Of a stretch of DNA of 64,000 nt, positions 36,896 through 48,051 are shown piece after piece. The notes beneath the pieces were generated by a model that saw only the letters and a program-made list of their open reading frames with translations, ran no database searches and was not told the DNA's origin. The position numbers and the translations under genes are program-made. This DNA comes from Botryllus schlosseri (Eukaryota), in assembly GCA_051294905.1 (NCBI GenBank), contig CM119372.1:18414001-18478000 (forward strand), read 5' to 3'. Each line of letters starts with the position of its first letter. Position 1 is the first letter of the stretch.

Positions 36896-36949
36896 CTGTC
36901 TCCATTTTTATAAAACGTCACAATTCTGGGTCTTCGAAGGTCGCGGTAC
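36896..36949 (-). CDS. N-type DCX domain, first exon (YRDLRRPRIVTFYKNGDR)
   Basis: FY(K/R)NGDR motif; acceptor acattttccAG, donor GTATAT; phase 2-2. Confidence 0.9.
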
Positions 36950-37164
36950 CTGGAAAATGTAATGACCACAATTTAAATTGTCGTCATGGCCTTATATCAG
37001 ATCTCTTGTTTCGCATGGCAACATGTAACTCCAACACACATGGATAGAGTATGTCAAGTGGCCATTGAGCGTGGTAGAATATCTCCTGCTATTCATTATG
37101 AATGATTGAACTTGTCAAGTGCGCAAGTTTAACGGCGTTATGACATAGACTATTCCGCACAAAC

Positions 37165-37289
37165 CTGTCGTCCGTAAGATCCTGAAGCTCTTGCGACACG
37201 GAAGTGTTTTTTACGAATGGTTTTCTGGACATTGCGGGTGGGTAAAGGGATATTTCGATTGGATGAAACATATTGCTTGCGCGGCTGAT
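37165..37289 (-). CDS. N-terminal exon upstream of the N-type DCX domain (ISRASNMFHPIEISLYPPAMSRKPFVKNTSVSQELQDLTDDR)
   Basis: Acceptor tatcattttcAG; donor CAG|GTTTGT phase 2 matches 36949; start Met uncertain. Confidence 0.65.
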
Positions 37290-38252
37290 CTGAAAATGAT
37301 ACGAAAGCCATAAGATCTCTTCCTCGTCTCTCTAGCAGCGACGACAACATTCGGACATATGCTTACACCTGGTTTTAGTATACAGAAAATTTCAACAAAT
37401 GGCAAATTGAATACTATGAAATACATTCACCTTAATATATAAACGAAATTATTGCTTTTAATATTTAAATTTGTTGAGGAGTTAAACCCGATAAACGCGT
37501 CGCATGTGTTTTTGGTGTACTGTACTTGGTCATAATCAGTACGAGACCGAATAAAGTCTGTCACACTCACACACACCCACACACCCACTCCTTTGCTTGA
37601 AGTGAGGAAAACACGGTGAGTTAACCTTCCGGTCAGGTAGAAGTATAACATACCAACGAGCTCGTCTACCATTTCTACGCATATCAACATCCCCGCTTTA
37701 ACCTATCGGCCACAGAATAATAAACACGCTTGATATCGATACATCGAAATACCAAATTACATCACGTAACGGACTGAGTGCTAAACTTAGAGCGATCCAA
37801 GTGAGACAGTAACATATACAAGCTGCGGCAGGGGGGCCGAAGTAAGAATTCACTGCATGGAAATAGTCGGACATTTGGACACGTTTGATCACCCCTGGAC
37901 TCGGATCTGGAGTTTAAGTATTATGGAACTTCACGTATATATTTATAGCAGGGAATCGGAAGTCGAAGCAAAATTCACGCGACTGATTATCACATATACA
38001 GTGGCTTTCAAGCGACTTTCCACATAAAGTTTTCGGCCGGACGACGAAATATATTTCAAATATATCATCAATTACGAAATCTAAGAGGTTGAAGGCTTGG
38101 CCCTTAATTACAGAAATTTAGAAATATTTATAGATATTTATGAATTTAGAATGTAATTTTGAACGCTTCCTAACGTTTCTCGTATTCATGGTATTTCGAC
38201 ATCAATGATCATCCTACACATTTTACACGCAAGCATAGGCTTTAGTTTAGTA

Positions 38253-38615
38253 CAGTGGATCCCAACGTGGGCGATATCGAGAAACAGTGGGCGAAAACAC
38301 CGAAGAGGGCGATTGGGGGGCGCGAAAGCGTGGCAAAAATGTTGAAACGACTATATTTAACTAAACGGCACGAAATGCTCGTGAAAAACGTATTGTTTGG
38401 GATTTGCCTAGAAAATCGACTTAAAAAAGGTAAACTCCCACCGATTATACGTGGAGACGGGTCTTTCGTGAGTCATGTCGAAAACATGACATTTTCAGTC
38501 AATTCACAGCCCGTTTATATGTCCTCTTTTTCGGTTCCGAAGATATGGGGGGGGGGCGAAAATTTGCGTCGAGCTTGATAAGGGGGCGATGAGTCGAAAA
38601 AGGTTGGAAACCACC
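38253..38615 (+). mobile_element. hAT-type MITE
   Basis: CAGTGGATCCCAAC ... GGTTGGAAACCACCA ends; GGGGGCG subterminal motifs. Confidence 0.55.
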
Positions 38616-40250
38616 ACCATGGTAGGATTTTTATTTTTTAAAGTTCATCGGTCGGCAAAATTTATTTTAAAATTTTACCTGTGCACAAACTAAAAAGGAT
38701 GAGAACCACTGACATAGAATTAGACCACTGCGGCCTTAACGCGCGACACCTCGCGTCTTACAGCGGTACCAACACCAACCACCGAATCTTTCATGTTCGT
38801 GAAGGACCACCAGCAGTAGTAAAATCGTATATAATGTGTGGGGTATCGATAACAATCAAGCAATTTACAAAGAGATAATTTTAGCCTTGAAAGATTGCGA
38901 AAATGTCAACCTCTAAGCTGTGCTATCGATTGATACGAATATAAAATTATACCGGAAAAGATGTCGGACGATGGATAAAATCCTTTTCCTCAACTGGCAA
39001 CCTTACGGATATCCAGAAGTTTGTGTGGTACACATATTTAATTGTGTCTAAATATGGTATATTCATATGGTAATACATGACGCTATGTCGGATAATTTTC
39101 TGAAACCACGGCTAGTGCAAATGTCAAAGAATATGCGAAATGCTAATTCTAAGGGCAAGACATCCGACGCCATCAGGGGTCAAATGGAACATGCTCTTAA
39201 AGATATCTCCAGTAACGAAGTACATTTAATACTCCGTGAGGCGTTCTCCTCTCGACTGTGCCTACTCAAATGTTTGTTTTTTTCATCACTTCCACTTCCG
39301 CTTCCAGTTTTAGAATATATTCGCAGCATTATATGAATAAAACGGCCAGTCGGACCTCTATAGGTCTACCTATTGTTATTATGGTTATTATTATATCACA
39401 CTCTTCAATGACCATTCTGCATATGTCAGAAACACGGATCTTGCAATTGCCAATGCTGAAGCTGGCTATTTCAATTCTCGGATACGTCGTGCAGTGTTGT
39501 TACACTCACTAATAAGAGCTACCGGTACTAAATTAATTGAACAGTGGCATAAATTGTTATTTAACTTTCAGTACTATTCACATGGGGGCTGCGTGTATTC
39601 GAGGAAGAGGATTCAGATAGGAATCTTGCCGCCATTTAATATTGAATTTGTTATTTTTGCGGCATAATAATAAAATAACGGACTGCGGAAGCTCAGGAAA
39701 TTTCAATTTTGACCGAGCCTCTGTGCATATGATATTTGCATATTCTATACTCAACGTACCAGAAATTCAGCAAATGGCTTAACACTAGATCAAAATTTCA
39801 CCTTCGATAGATATAGACGTAATCTGGTATTGCACAACTTACTCGTGTTCGGATATATCGTATATCTCTCGCCCACGTTAATAAGATAGCAGAGGTTGAT
39901 CGTCAAGATTTGAAATCGTTTTCATAATCCACTGTCGACTTTCTTATCGCTCTTGAAGTTTTATTGTACAATATACATACAGACATATATCAGAAGTGAA
40001 ATCTACAAATAGTCAAACAGCAAACGTAATGCGGTATGACATGAAAGATCAAGTACCTGTATCCATAATTAATAAAACAACCATCAGGTTTAACCATATT
40101 ATATCGAGGTGATAGAGATAATGCTAATAACAGCTAATCTGATAACTACGCCATAGTGTGCTCGTATCGCCATTTATGTTCCGTATTATATTATTATGTT
40201 AGTATATTATGTGATTGTGTTCCTACATTTCGAATATGATTCACACTATT

Positions 40251-40297
40251 ACTGACGTTCGCTACTGATGAGAGTCAGGCGAAAAGCTTTCAGTGAA
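40251..40297 (+). ncRNA. minimal type-I hammerhead ribozyme-like motif
   Basis: ACTGAC GTTCGCTA CTGATGA G AGTCAGG C GAAA AGCTT TC AGTGAA. Same family as 26869-26915; palindromic AAGCTT helix III; stem I TTCGCT/AGTGAA. Confidence 0.55.
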
Positions 40298-42884
40298 TAG
40301 ATTGACAATATGAAGTTATTGTTTCGCGTTGTTCTGAAGTTGTGTACCCCAAATGGCTTGTTCATATACTTTCGCAAAAGGAACAGTGACCAACAACTGG
40401 AAATCCCTGGTCGGATAAGTTGGTCAGAACTCGGGGTAAAATCATGCAGCCTTTCTGAAGGCTTGTATCAAGAAAAGAGTTGTACCAAAGTTTCTGCTGA
40501 GTAATACAAGAGGTTGTAAACGCGGACGTTGAAATTTTGTTCATTATTTTTATATCACCAATTAATTATTCGAGTTTCTACGGACACCGGGGCTGGGGCC
40601 TTTTGGGTCATAGTAAGGTATACCACAGAAGTGCGACCAAATATATTTGAATTATATACTTCGTGTAGCTATCATATTGCCCGCGTATTTAACCGGTTGA
40701 TACCGGCTGGAATTTCCGAAAAATGTTACTTCATTTTTCAAAATTGAAAAATTGTACCTTAACATACAGCGGTTTCGCATTGACGTCCGCGCCTCTGAGA
40801 ATAGCTATTATATGGTCCATTGTTTCAGAAACCTGAACTGAGTGTGCAGAAAACTGAGTGTGTACTTTTTTGACTTCTCAGAATGTGGTGTCTATTTCAC
40901 AAACTTGTTCCTGATGATTACTTGAGTGAGAACTCACCTCTATCGATAGATGGTTATAATGTGGTTATGAGCATGTTCGACATTTGCTGCCTTGAGGGAT
41001 AATTTACGTCAGAGTATTATTACTAAAAATCTTGACATATGTTATGAATGTGCTGGATGATACAACGAATTTTTAATTTACTCAGAATTGCCTCGTGGGC
41101 CGGATGAAATCGTCAATGCCAGTTGAAAACAAAATTACAATCGTGCCGCAACATATGCTGACTGTATCTGCATTCTGCATATTTTCAATTATTTAAGGCT
41201 CAAGCCTAGACGCCCCAATGGCGAATTATAATAATAATAATAATTTAAAAGCGTATCTATTGCTTTAAAATACATCCAATCTAGTGTCGGCCTGAAGCTA
41301 AGCCTGCAATAACTCATGATTTTTCTACGCTGTATAACCGCCGTATAAGCGATTATTATACGCTGACAAGCCGCGTAGTTGGTACATTCCTGTGATACAA
41401 AACTATTTGTCAAAGTCGTTCTAAGTCTGTTGAATCTCTGAGTTTTGAACACGGGTTTGCACTGGGCTTTCTTTTACAGCTAATTCTATCCATCAGCGTA
41501 CTGAAATCAGAACGCTACTTCTAACTCTCAGCAACGGGCACTTCACCATCGTTAGTTACTAAGCGATTGTGCCACTTTAGCTCTAGCTTCTGGTTGTTGT
41601 ACTTGGTTACAGATGCGTCGTGTGACGTAGTGTAGTTTCCAAAGATATCAGACGGCGATCTTACTCCAATAAAACTTATAAATTATATTGTAAATATATA
41701 AAAATACAAAGACACATTAATCAACGAAATAAGTTATGCGTTTTAACTAGATGATAGGAGGCCCGTAGAGCCAAAATTTCGAATCGTCTTTTAAATCTTC
41801 TCTAATTTTGGCGTTATAATGCATACCATCCTGAGATGTTGTGTTGCGTATACATGGATCGCAAGCGAAACGCTATTATCCCCGACAACAGCCTTAATTA
41901 GTTGCAGTGCAGATCTCATCAATATATACGTAACTTGAGAAAACAATTTTCCGATCGTCGTTAATATCATCCCGCATTGGGTACGTTGGCAGGAAAAGTT
42001 GGGGCGTTACGCCCTCGGTTTGTCATTACATTAGCTCGTATATATACATTATGTTTTAAAATGCAATTTCCTCGTTTCAGGTGATGTCAAATGTGTGTTG
42101 GTATCAATAGATTTGCGATTGAATTATAGCGCTAGAAGCACCGTGTTATGATGATAACAAATCAAAATTACAGATAGTACATGAGCGGCAAATCAGCACT
42201 ATTCCGTGAAAATTTATGTCTCTCCATACTTCTATATCGCATTTTTCTTACCCATTAAGCGAATGGGTCTGCAATGGTACGCATATAGTTCTAAACATTT
42301 AAGTACAAACGTAATAGTAGATCGAATTGCAACTAGCTTAACAGCTAAAATCTATAAAACCAACAAGAAATGTATAAATAATCACGACACATTCATATTA
42401 TAGGCGTATGGACAGCAAATTGAAGAACAGCCAAGGAATACTATCCCAGAATCAGAACTAGGAAGACAGTGTCGCATGATCGCGAACTATACAGCGTCGA
42501 ATTTAAATACACTATTACTATAAAGTGACACCATTTCATTACAGAGTTTTCGCACCGTACGACTCATTGATTGTGGGGCAAGTTAAGTTTCAACACGTAC
42601 AGAGGCGCAGTCACGAATCGAACAGTCGACAATGAAGTGACACGTTGCTGCCGCGTTGACGACATGATTAGGGCGAAGTCACGATGCTTGATATTCATAA
42701 CCGGGGAATCGCTTTGAGACTTTTAAACCCCGTTCCTCAGCGCATTGCAAATCCGCGTACATGATTAAGTGTTCCATCGTGCGCCAGATTCCAGACGTTC
42801 CCCCGACTGTAGCTTGATTTTAGTCGACAACGGATTTATCTCAAGTATATCTTCGAGATTTCCGGCAAAGATTTTACCAGAGTA

Positions 42885-43055
42885 TTAATCCGAAGAATTA
42901 TCGCGAATCCAATCCAAATAGTGGAACACGTCCGCGTAGGCGCCTGGTGATCCCCCGCCGCACGGTTCCTTCCCGAAAGAAGTGATACCGGCTAAGTACC
43001 ACGAGCAGCCATCACCATTTCTTGACTGACATGCTAGTGGACCTCCGGAATCGCC
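42885..43055 (-). CDS. trypsin-family protease, last exon (GDSGGPLACQSRNGDGCSWYLAGITSFGKEPCGGGSPGAYADVFHYLDWIRDNSSD*)
   Basis: Catalytic Ser motif GDSGGP; acceptor tcttttgtgcAG, phase 0. Confidence 0.95.
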   Translation of the reverse strand, partial: GDSGGPLACQSRNGDGCSWYLAGITSFGKEPCGGGSPGAYADVFHYLDWIRDNSSD

Positions 43056-43190
43056 CTGCACAAAAGAAAAGCGTTGAGACATGGAGTGACCACTGCTACA
43101 GCAGGGCCCACTATCTAATTCTAAAGGACAATAAATTGTGCCTGTTATATGAACATGTTTCTGAGGTCTCCTTTGACGAGGTTTCACGTT

Positions 43191-43367
43191 NNNNNNNNNN
43201 NNNNNNNNNNNNNNNNNNNNNNNNNNNNNNNNNNNNNNNNNNNNNNNNNNNNNNNNNNNNNNNNNNNNNNNNNNNNNNNNNNNNNNNNNNNNNNNNNNNN
43301 NNNNNNNNNNNNNNNNNNNNNNNNNNNNNNNNNNNNNNNNNNNNNNNNNNNNNNNNNNNNNNNNNNN
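43191..43367. other. assembly gap (N run)
   Basis: 177 N bases within the last intron of the protease gene. Confidence 1.
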
Positions 43368-43940
43368 TTCCTGGATTCCAGCGATTCAAGCTGATTAAAT
43401 AGTCAGGTTACCCTCAAAAACGCTGCACACCAAATTTGGTTCGATTCTAACAAGTATAAGACAAGTACAAGACTCCGCAGATCCAATTAAATTTTTTTAT
43501 TAGGGAAAATTTTTTAAAAATTCAAACTTTTCTGTCAACCCCATGAAATTGTTGAGCTGTCTTTAAGGACGATGCAAAACAAATTTGACTCAATTCTAAC
43601 AAATAGAAGGGGAGTTATTTGAGTTAATCGTTGATAATTCTCGGATTATCACCGATCAAGGATAATCCGAGAATTATCAAAGAAAAACTCACATAACTTC
43701 GCTTCTACTAGCTGGAATTGGGTCAAATTTTTTTGCATCGTCTTTGATGACAACTCAACAATTTCATGGGGTTGACAGAAATTATTTTCCCTAATAAATT
43801 GAAAATTTGAATTGGATCTGGTGAGTCTTATACTCATTAGAATTGAACGAAATTTGGTGTGTAGCGTTTTTAGGGTAACCTGACAATTTAATCAGTGAAT
43901 GGATGGAATCCGGGAAAAAAGTTATTTTTGAACATCCCTA
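43368..43940. mobile_element. palindromic (foldback) MITE, left end lost in the gap
   Basis: Long imperfect inverted arms; central perfect 20-bp inverted repeat TTGATAATTCTCGGATTATC with a 10-nt loop (43631-43680). Ends TTTTTGAACATCCCTA, like related fragments at about 22420-22598 and 26200-26473. Confidence 0.75.
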
Positions 43941-44321
43941 GCCTGTATACGTATAGTCTACACAGGGAAGGTTAATCGACGAGAGTGCATGTGAGCGATA
44001 CATTACAACGTACCTCGGTGAAAGCATATCATTGTGTTTTTCAGGTAGCAGCAGTGACTTTCTGCTGAATAAATTTGCCATGTACTGTAAATTAGCGATC
44101 GCGTAGGCGTTTCGTCAGATGGAGTGGGATGTATGAGGAACAGGCTATCTCACCGCAATGATTGCGATAAAAAAGTGCGGTAATTGCTGGAATGTCGAAC
44201 GGAATATGTAGAGCGAGATAGTCCGCTAATATATTGGCCAATTCAATTTGATGAGCACTTTTGTAAGAATAGTTGGCTAAAATCATGATACGATCACAGT
44301 GTTGTATAACTCTGCACCTAC

Positions 44322-44473
44322 CCTACAGGCATCGGCACGCGCCAGCTTTCCCGGTCCGGCGCATATGTTTTCTCTCTTGTAAAAGCTTTGGAATATTGAA
44401 CTGCACTGTTCCGGCGTTTTAATAACCAACGGAACAATTTGTAGAGTCTCGGATGGTTTTTCGCTGAGCGGAC
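44322..44473 (-). CDS. protease exon (PLSEKPSETLQIVPLVIKTPEQCSSIFQSFYKRENICAGPGKLARADACR)
   Basis: ICAG and D189-A-C motifs (trypsin-like S1 pocket); donor AGG|GTAGGT; phase 1-0. Confidence 0.92.
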
Positions 44474-44535
44474 CTTATCGTGTGAGAAATCGATTTAGTT
44501 CAATGCATCTTCAAAACAAAACCAAGAGCACTCAC

Positions 44536-44687
44536 GCGTCGCTCCAAAGCCTGTTATGTAGCAGGTTTTTCCTAACTGCGTTTTCTTCGTGGGGAGGCAG
44601 AGCGGGCGAACGCTGGGCGTGTAATCCGCCGACTTGGCAAGCTTTATAAGAGCGACGTCGTTGCGAATATTAGCCATTCCGATTAAT
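44536..44687 (-). CDS. protease exon with catalytic Asp (LIGMANIRNDVALIKLAKSADYTPSVRPLCLPTKKTQLGKTCYITGFGAT)
   Basis: NDVALIKL, PLCLP and CYITGFG motifs; donor GTGAGT, phase 1. The 5' boundary depends on an unresolved upstream exon near 44833. Confidence 0.9.
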
Positions 44688-45247
44688 CTGATTAAAAAAG
44701 TGTTGTGTAAGTATGAGCTATGAGTGCAGTGCAGCGCAGTCAGTAGATTTCCGAGCAGAACAGCCTGAAACTCCTCGGTGACACAGCCGTCAACAGGACG
44801 CGTTTTCTGTCGTTCATAGTGGATGGTGCGAGCCTATTGTTCATGTTCGCGTTATTTATTGGAGCGCCATGTACTTAGATGTTCACTGGGGTTGTTCAAA
44901 TAGATCTGGCGAATCTTTCGAAGTCCATGACATCACTTTCATATCACACACTGCCTTTGAAACGATCAAATATATCTAGGTCTACTGAATATTGATCAAA
45001 TCACTATTTCACAGGGTTTGACAGAAATAAAACCTGAAATTGCATCCAATCTTAGGTACAGCACAAATATGGAAATATTTATGGAATCCAAGCTCTTTTG
45101 CAGCCAAATAGATTCTCTTGAAAAAGTATAATACAAATCAGAGCTACATATACTATAGCACTCCCTTGCATTCTATACATACGTAATTTCAGGAAATGCA
45201 TCTTACGAGAACGAAGGATGTCGGATAACTTTGGCCAATTCGCGTAC

Positions 45248-45338
45248 TTGGATAGATTTGTCATGGATATGGCGTCGGTCGGACACGCCGAGATAGATTT
45301 TGTTGCTTTCGTCCTGGTCTGTCGATCCTACTTTACGT
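45248..45338 (-). CDS. protease exon (RKVGSTDQDESNKIYLGVSDRRHIHDKSIQ)
   Basis: Acceptor ttgtgatttcAG, donor GTACGC; phase 2-0; IYLG..D motif. Confidence 0.85.
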
Positions 45339-45399
45339 CTGAAATCACAAACGTCAAAACAATCCATCCGAACGGCAAAGATTGGTGTCAGCTACTCAC

Positions 45400-45539
45400 A
45401 CCATGCAGTGCGCCGCTGTCAAAACGTAGTTCTTCGATATTAGGGTCCCTCCGCACATCTTGTCCCCGAAGGACACAATCGCGTGCCACGGCGACTGGTC
45501 GATGTCGATTGACTCCCCGCAGAACACCCGTGCCAACGG
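45400..45539 (-). CDS. protease exon with activation site and catalytic His (PLAR|VFCGESIDIDQSPWHAIVSFGDKMCGGTLISKNYVLTAAHCM)
   Basis: PW, CGGTLI and VLTAAHC motifs; donor GT|GTGAGT, phase 2. Confidence 0.95.
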
Positions 45540-45646
45540 CTGGACATATTGCTAAGATCAATAAAGAGAACGCTATTGCTGCTATAGACATGCGAGCAGC
45601 ATTCCAAAATGACGTGATATCATGAGAAATGACGTCATTTGCTCAC

Positions 45647-45759
45647 CGTATTTAGACATCGGGTCACCTGAGGTTCAACGCATCCGCACTGCTTTTCTTC
45701 GGGTTTCTTTTCTTGCGGTATGATCCCGAATCCGCGGCCCCAAGCGAACTGCGGCTCGT
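45647..45759 (-). CDS. protease propeptide exon (EPQFAWGRGFGIIPQEKKPEEKQCGCVEPQVTRCLNT)
   Basis: Acceptor catttatttcAG, donor GTGAGC; phase 1-0; CG motif typical of the light-chain linker Cys. Confidence 0.85.
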
Positions 45760-46642
45760 CTGAAATAAATGTGAAGATAAATACAACATATACAACCTTT
45801 TACACTGGAGTGGCATTACAGAAACTATTCCGATCGCCGCTGTCTACCACTAGTACTACACCGAAGCATAATTACAACTAGTGCTACAATATTCTACTAA
45901 AATACAAATTGGCAAAACAAGTGTGCTTTCCATGCCACACCAAGCAGGGATTCCATGGAGGAAATTGAGTGGTGTCAAGCTCGGACACAAAACTCTAACA
46001 AACTTTGCCATGAAGGGTTCCAGAGTTTTGATACAGCTGCTATATGTATGAATTCGGATTATATAGCGCACAGTATTCGATACTTTTAAAAATTACAACA
46101 TGTATACCAATTAAAATACTCAGAAATACTTTGATTTCAAATAGTGTTCTATCATGATATTATAGGTAAAGGGAGACAAAGGAGCGAGTGCCCGTACAAG
46201 AATCGCTGTCTATGGCTGAACTCATAATGCATATGCAAGTTTTCGGGAAAAAGAAGTATTCTGCATGTGGTCAGTCGACGTGACAGGGCTTTTTAAATTT
46301 CATGAAACTTTCCCATTTGTATTCAAGTACATTTTAAAGCACTATATAATTCCTATTTTGTCTCAGTTGGTAATGTAACCTTGAACAGACGGAGGGGCAC
46401 AACTTTTCAACAATAATGAAATGAAATTCTAGACGTCATTTGGTATCACGATCGCTACTGTATTGTCAAATCCAGAATTGAAAAGAGTTCTATTATGACA
46501 GCGAATTGCACGCGGACGGGGTTTGTTATGAGCGAGTATCACACAAATATTTCGTCTGATAGTTCCTGATCACGAGTGGCCAATATTGGTGAATATGGAG
46601 AAGTTCCCGTGAAATTGAAGAAGCAATATTAACATATTTTAC

Positions 46643-46757
46643 CATGAAGTGGCTGGTACACAGGCGTTACCAACTCAGCATCGTAAGTCTCCACCGGATT
46701 CACATCGTTGACAGGCCTAACGTGCGAACTGCCAGCATGTGGTTTCTTCATAGTACG
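46643..46757 (-). CDS. linker exon (RTMKKPHAGSSHVRPVNDVNPVETYDAELVTPVYQPLH)
   Basis: Acceptor gatgtttttcAG, donor GTAAAA; phase 0-1 links the trefoil and propeptide exons. Confidence 0.8.
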
Positions 46758-46818
46758 CTGAAAAACATCAGGTTCGTGAACGCTAACCCGCGACCTGCCA
46801 GCAATGTGAAAGACCTAC

Positions 46819-47036
46819 CCTTGCGGTGTAATTTATCGGAGTGACTTCGTTGTTCTTGTAGTAACACCAGTATGTGTCCAGCTCACTGCTGTCGTAGCAG
46901 CATCCTTTAGCGTCGCATTGGTCCGGCGTAATCCCGCGATATCCGCAATCTTTCCTGTCACTCGCATCCACAGCACAGCTGTCGAGACTTTTCACAGTGT
47001 CCGTGTTGGTATCAGTGTTCTGAGGCTCAGCATGCT
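46819..47036 (-). CDS. trefoil (P-type) domain exon (CAVDASDRKDCGYRGITPDQCDAKGCCYDSSELDTYWCYY)
   Basis: Six-Cys trefoil pattern C..R.DCGY.GIT..QC...GCCYD....WCY; acceptor gcttttcccAG, donor GTAGGT; phase 1-0. Confidence 0.92.
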
Positions 47037-47147
47037 CTGGGAAAAGCGAGCTCGTTGGTATCAGAAGCGAAATGGTCACATAGGTATTCTTGGTGCTTGT
47101 CGACTACTTATGGTCACTTACCAGGCCAATATTTTCATATTTATTCC

Positions 47148-47310
47148 GTAGCTACCGACTTTTATAGCACGGCCCACTTCTATAGGCTTTTTTATAAGAC
47201 ACCGCTTACACGGATGAGATGGCGAATAGAAGCCTACATAAACCTCCAACACTTAAGGTTAAGGAGGAATTCAGGAGTCGACCTCGGTCGGAATCGAGCC
47301 CATTGGCGTG
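47148..47310 (-). mobile_element. SINE family 2 copy
   Basis: Similar to 34370-34535. Confidence 0.6.
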
Positions 47311-47803
47311 GCAGCTGTGCACTGTGCAGGTGTCCCTGTGCATGGATTTTACCACTACGCTATATCGCCACTTGTCACAAAAGGTAAAGGTCCGGAATGT
47401 TGTCAGTTCAGTTTATTAGTATTCTCACCAGTCAGTCAGTCATTAAGTGATGAAACTGCATGTATTTGACCTTGAATGTGGACAAAGGACATTTTCGATG
47501 ACTTGTCGGATTATCTGTGAAGTATAGGCCTACTGTCCCAAAGTCTAACTAGGTACTTCATATTTGACAGGCCGTGTCTTGTAATTTGTACGATTCCGAC
47601 GTGAAGGAGTCGTTGAGTTTTTGCCGGAAATTAGCCACAATGGAAGTGATACAAGCTTGCCGATCATCTTCGTACGCTGTCGTATCGAAGCCCAAACCGG
47701 TAATCGGTTACTATCTGATTTAGCGCACGTGAGCGACGACATATTATGTCAGCCTCTACACAAAGTATACGATCAGAGATAGAATTATAAATCTACTGCA
47801 TAC

Positions 47804-48022
47804 CTCTCAAACTTGCGATGAATGTCCGAACGCCATCGATGAGCTCTTGCTCGGCGGTTTTCGACTCCGTATCTTCTGTCGACTCTTGCCTGGTGGACGG
47901 GAGAATGTGGCTTTTTTCGCCCAAATACGCATCTATCTTATTCCTTAATTCATTCAACGCCCCGTCCAGTGTCAGTCGTTCGTTTTTCATCAAGCGATTG
48001 ACAACATACCCGACGTCTTCGG
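47804..48022 (-). CDS. helical linker exon (EDVGYVVNRLMKNERLTLDGALNELRNKIDAYLGEKSHILPSTRQESTEDTESKTAEQELIDGVRTFIASLR)
   Basis: Acceptor tatgtcgttcAG, donor GAG|GTATGC; 219 nt, phase 1-1; amphipathic helical pattern. Confidence 0.75.
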
Positions 48023-48051
48023 CTGAACGACATAATTTAAATTTAAGAACG

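Noticed and set aside
43022-43402. ORFs spanning the N gap
   Set aside because: Artefacts of translating N bases.
47804-48022. Resemblance to the C-terminal helices of class I terpene synthases
   Set aside because: No DDxxD or NSE/DTE motifs were found in neighbouring exons, and it is flanked in phase by extracellular Sushi and trefoil exons.
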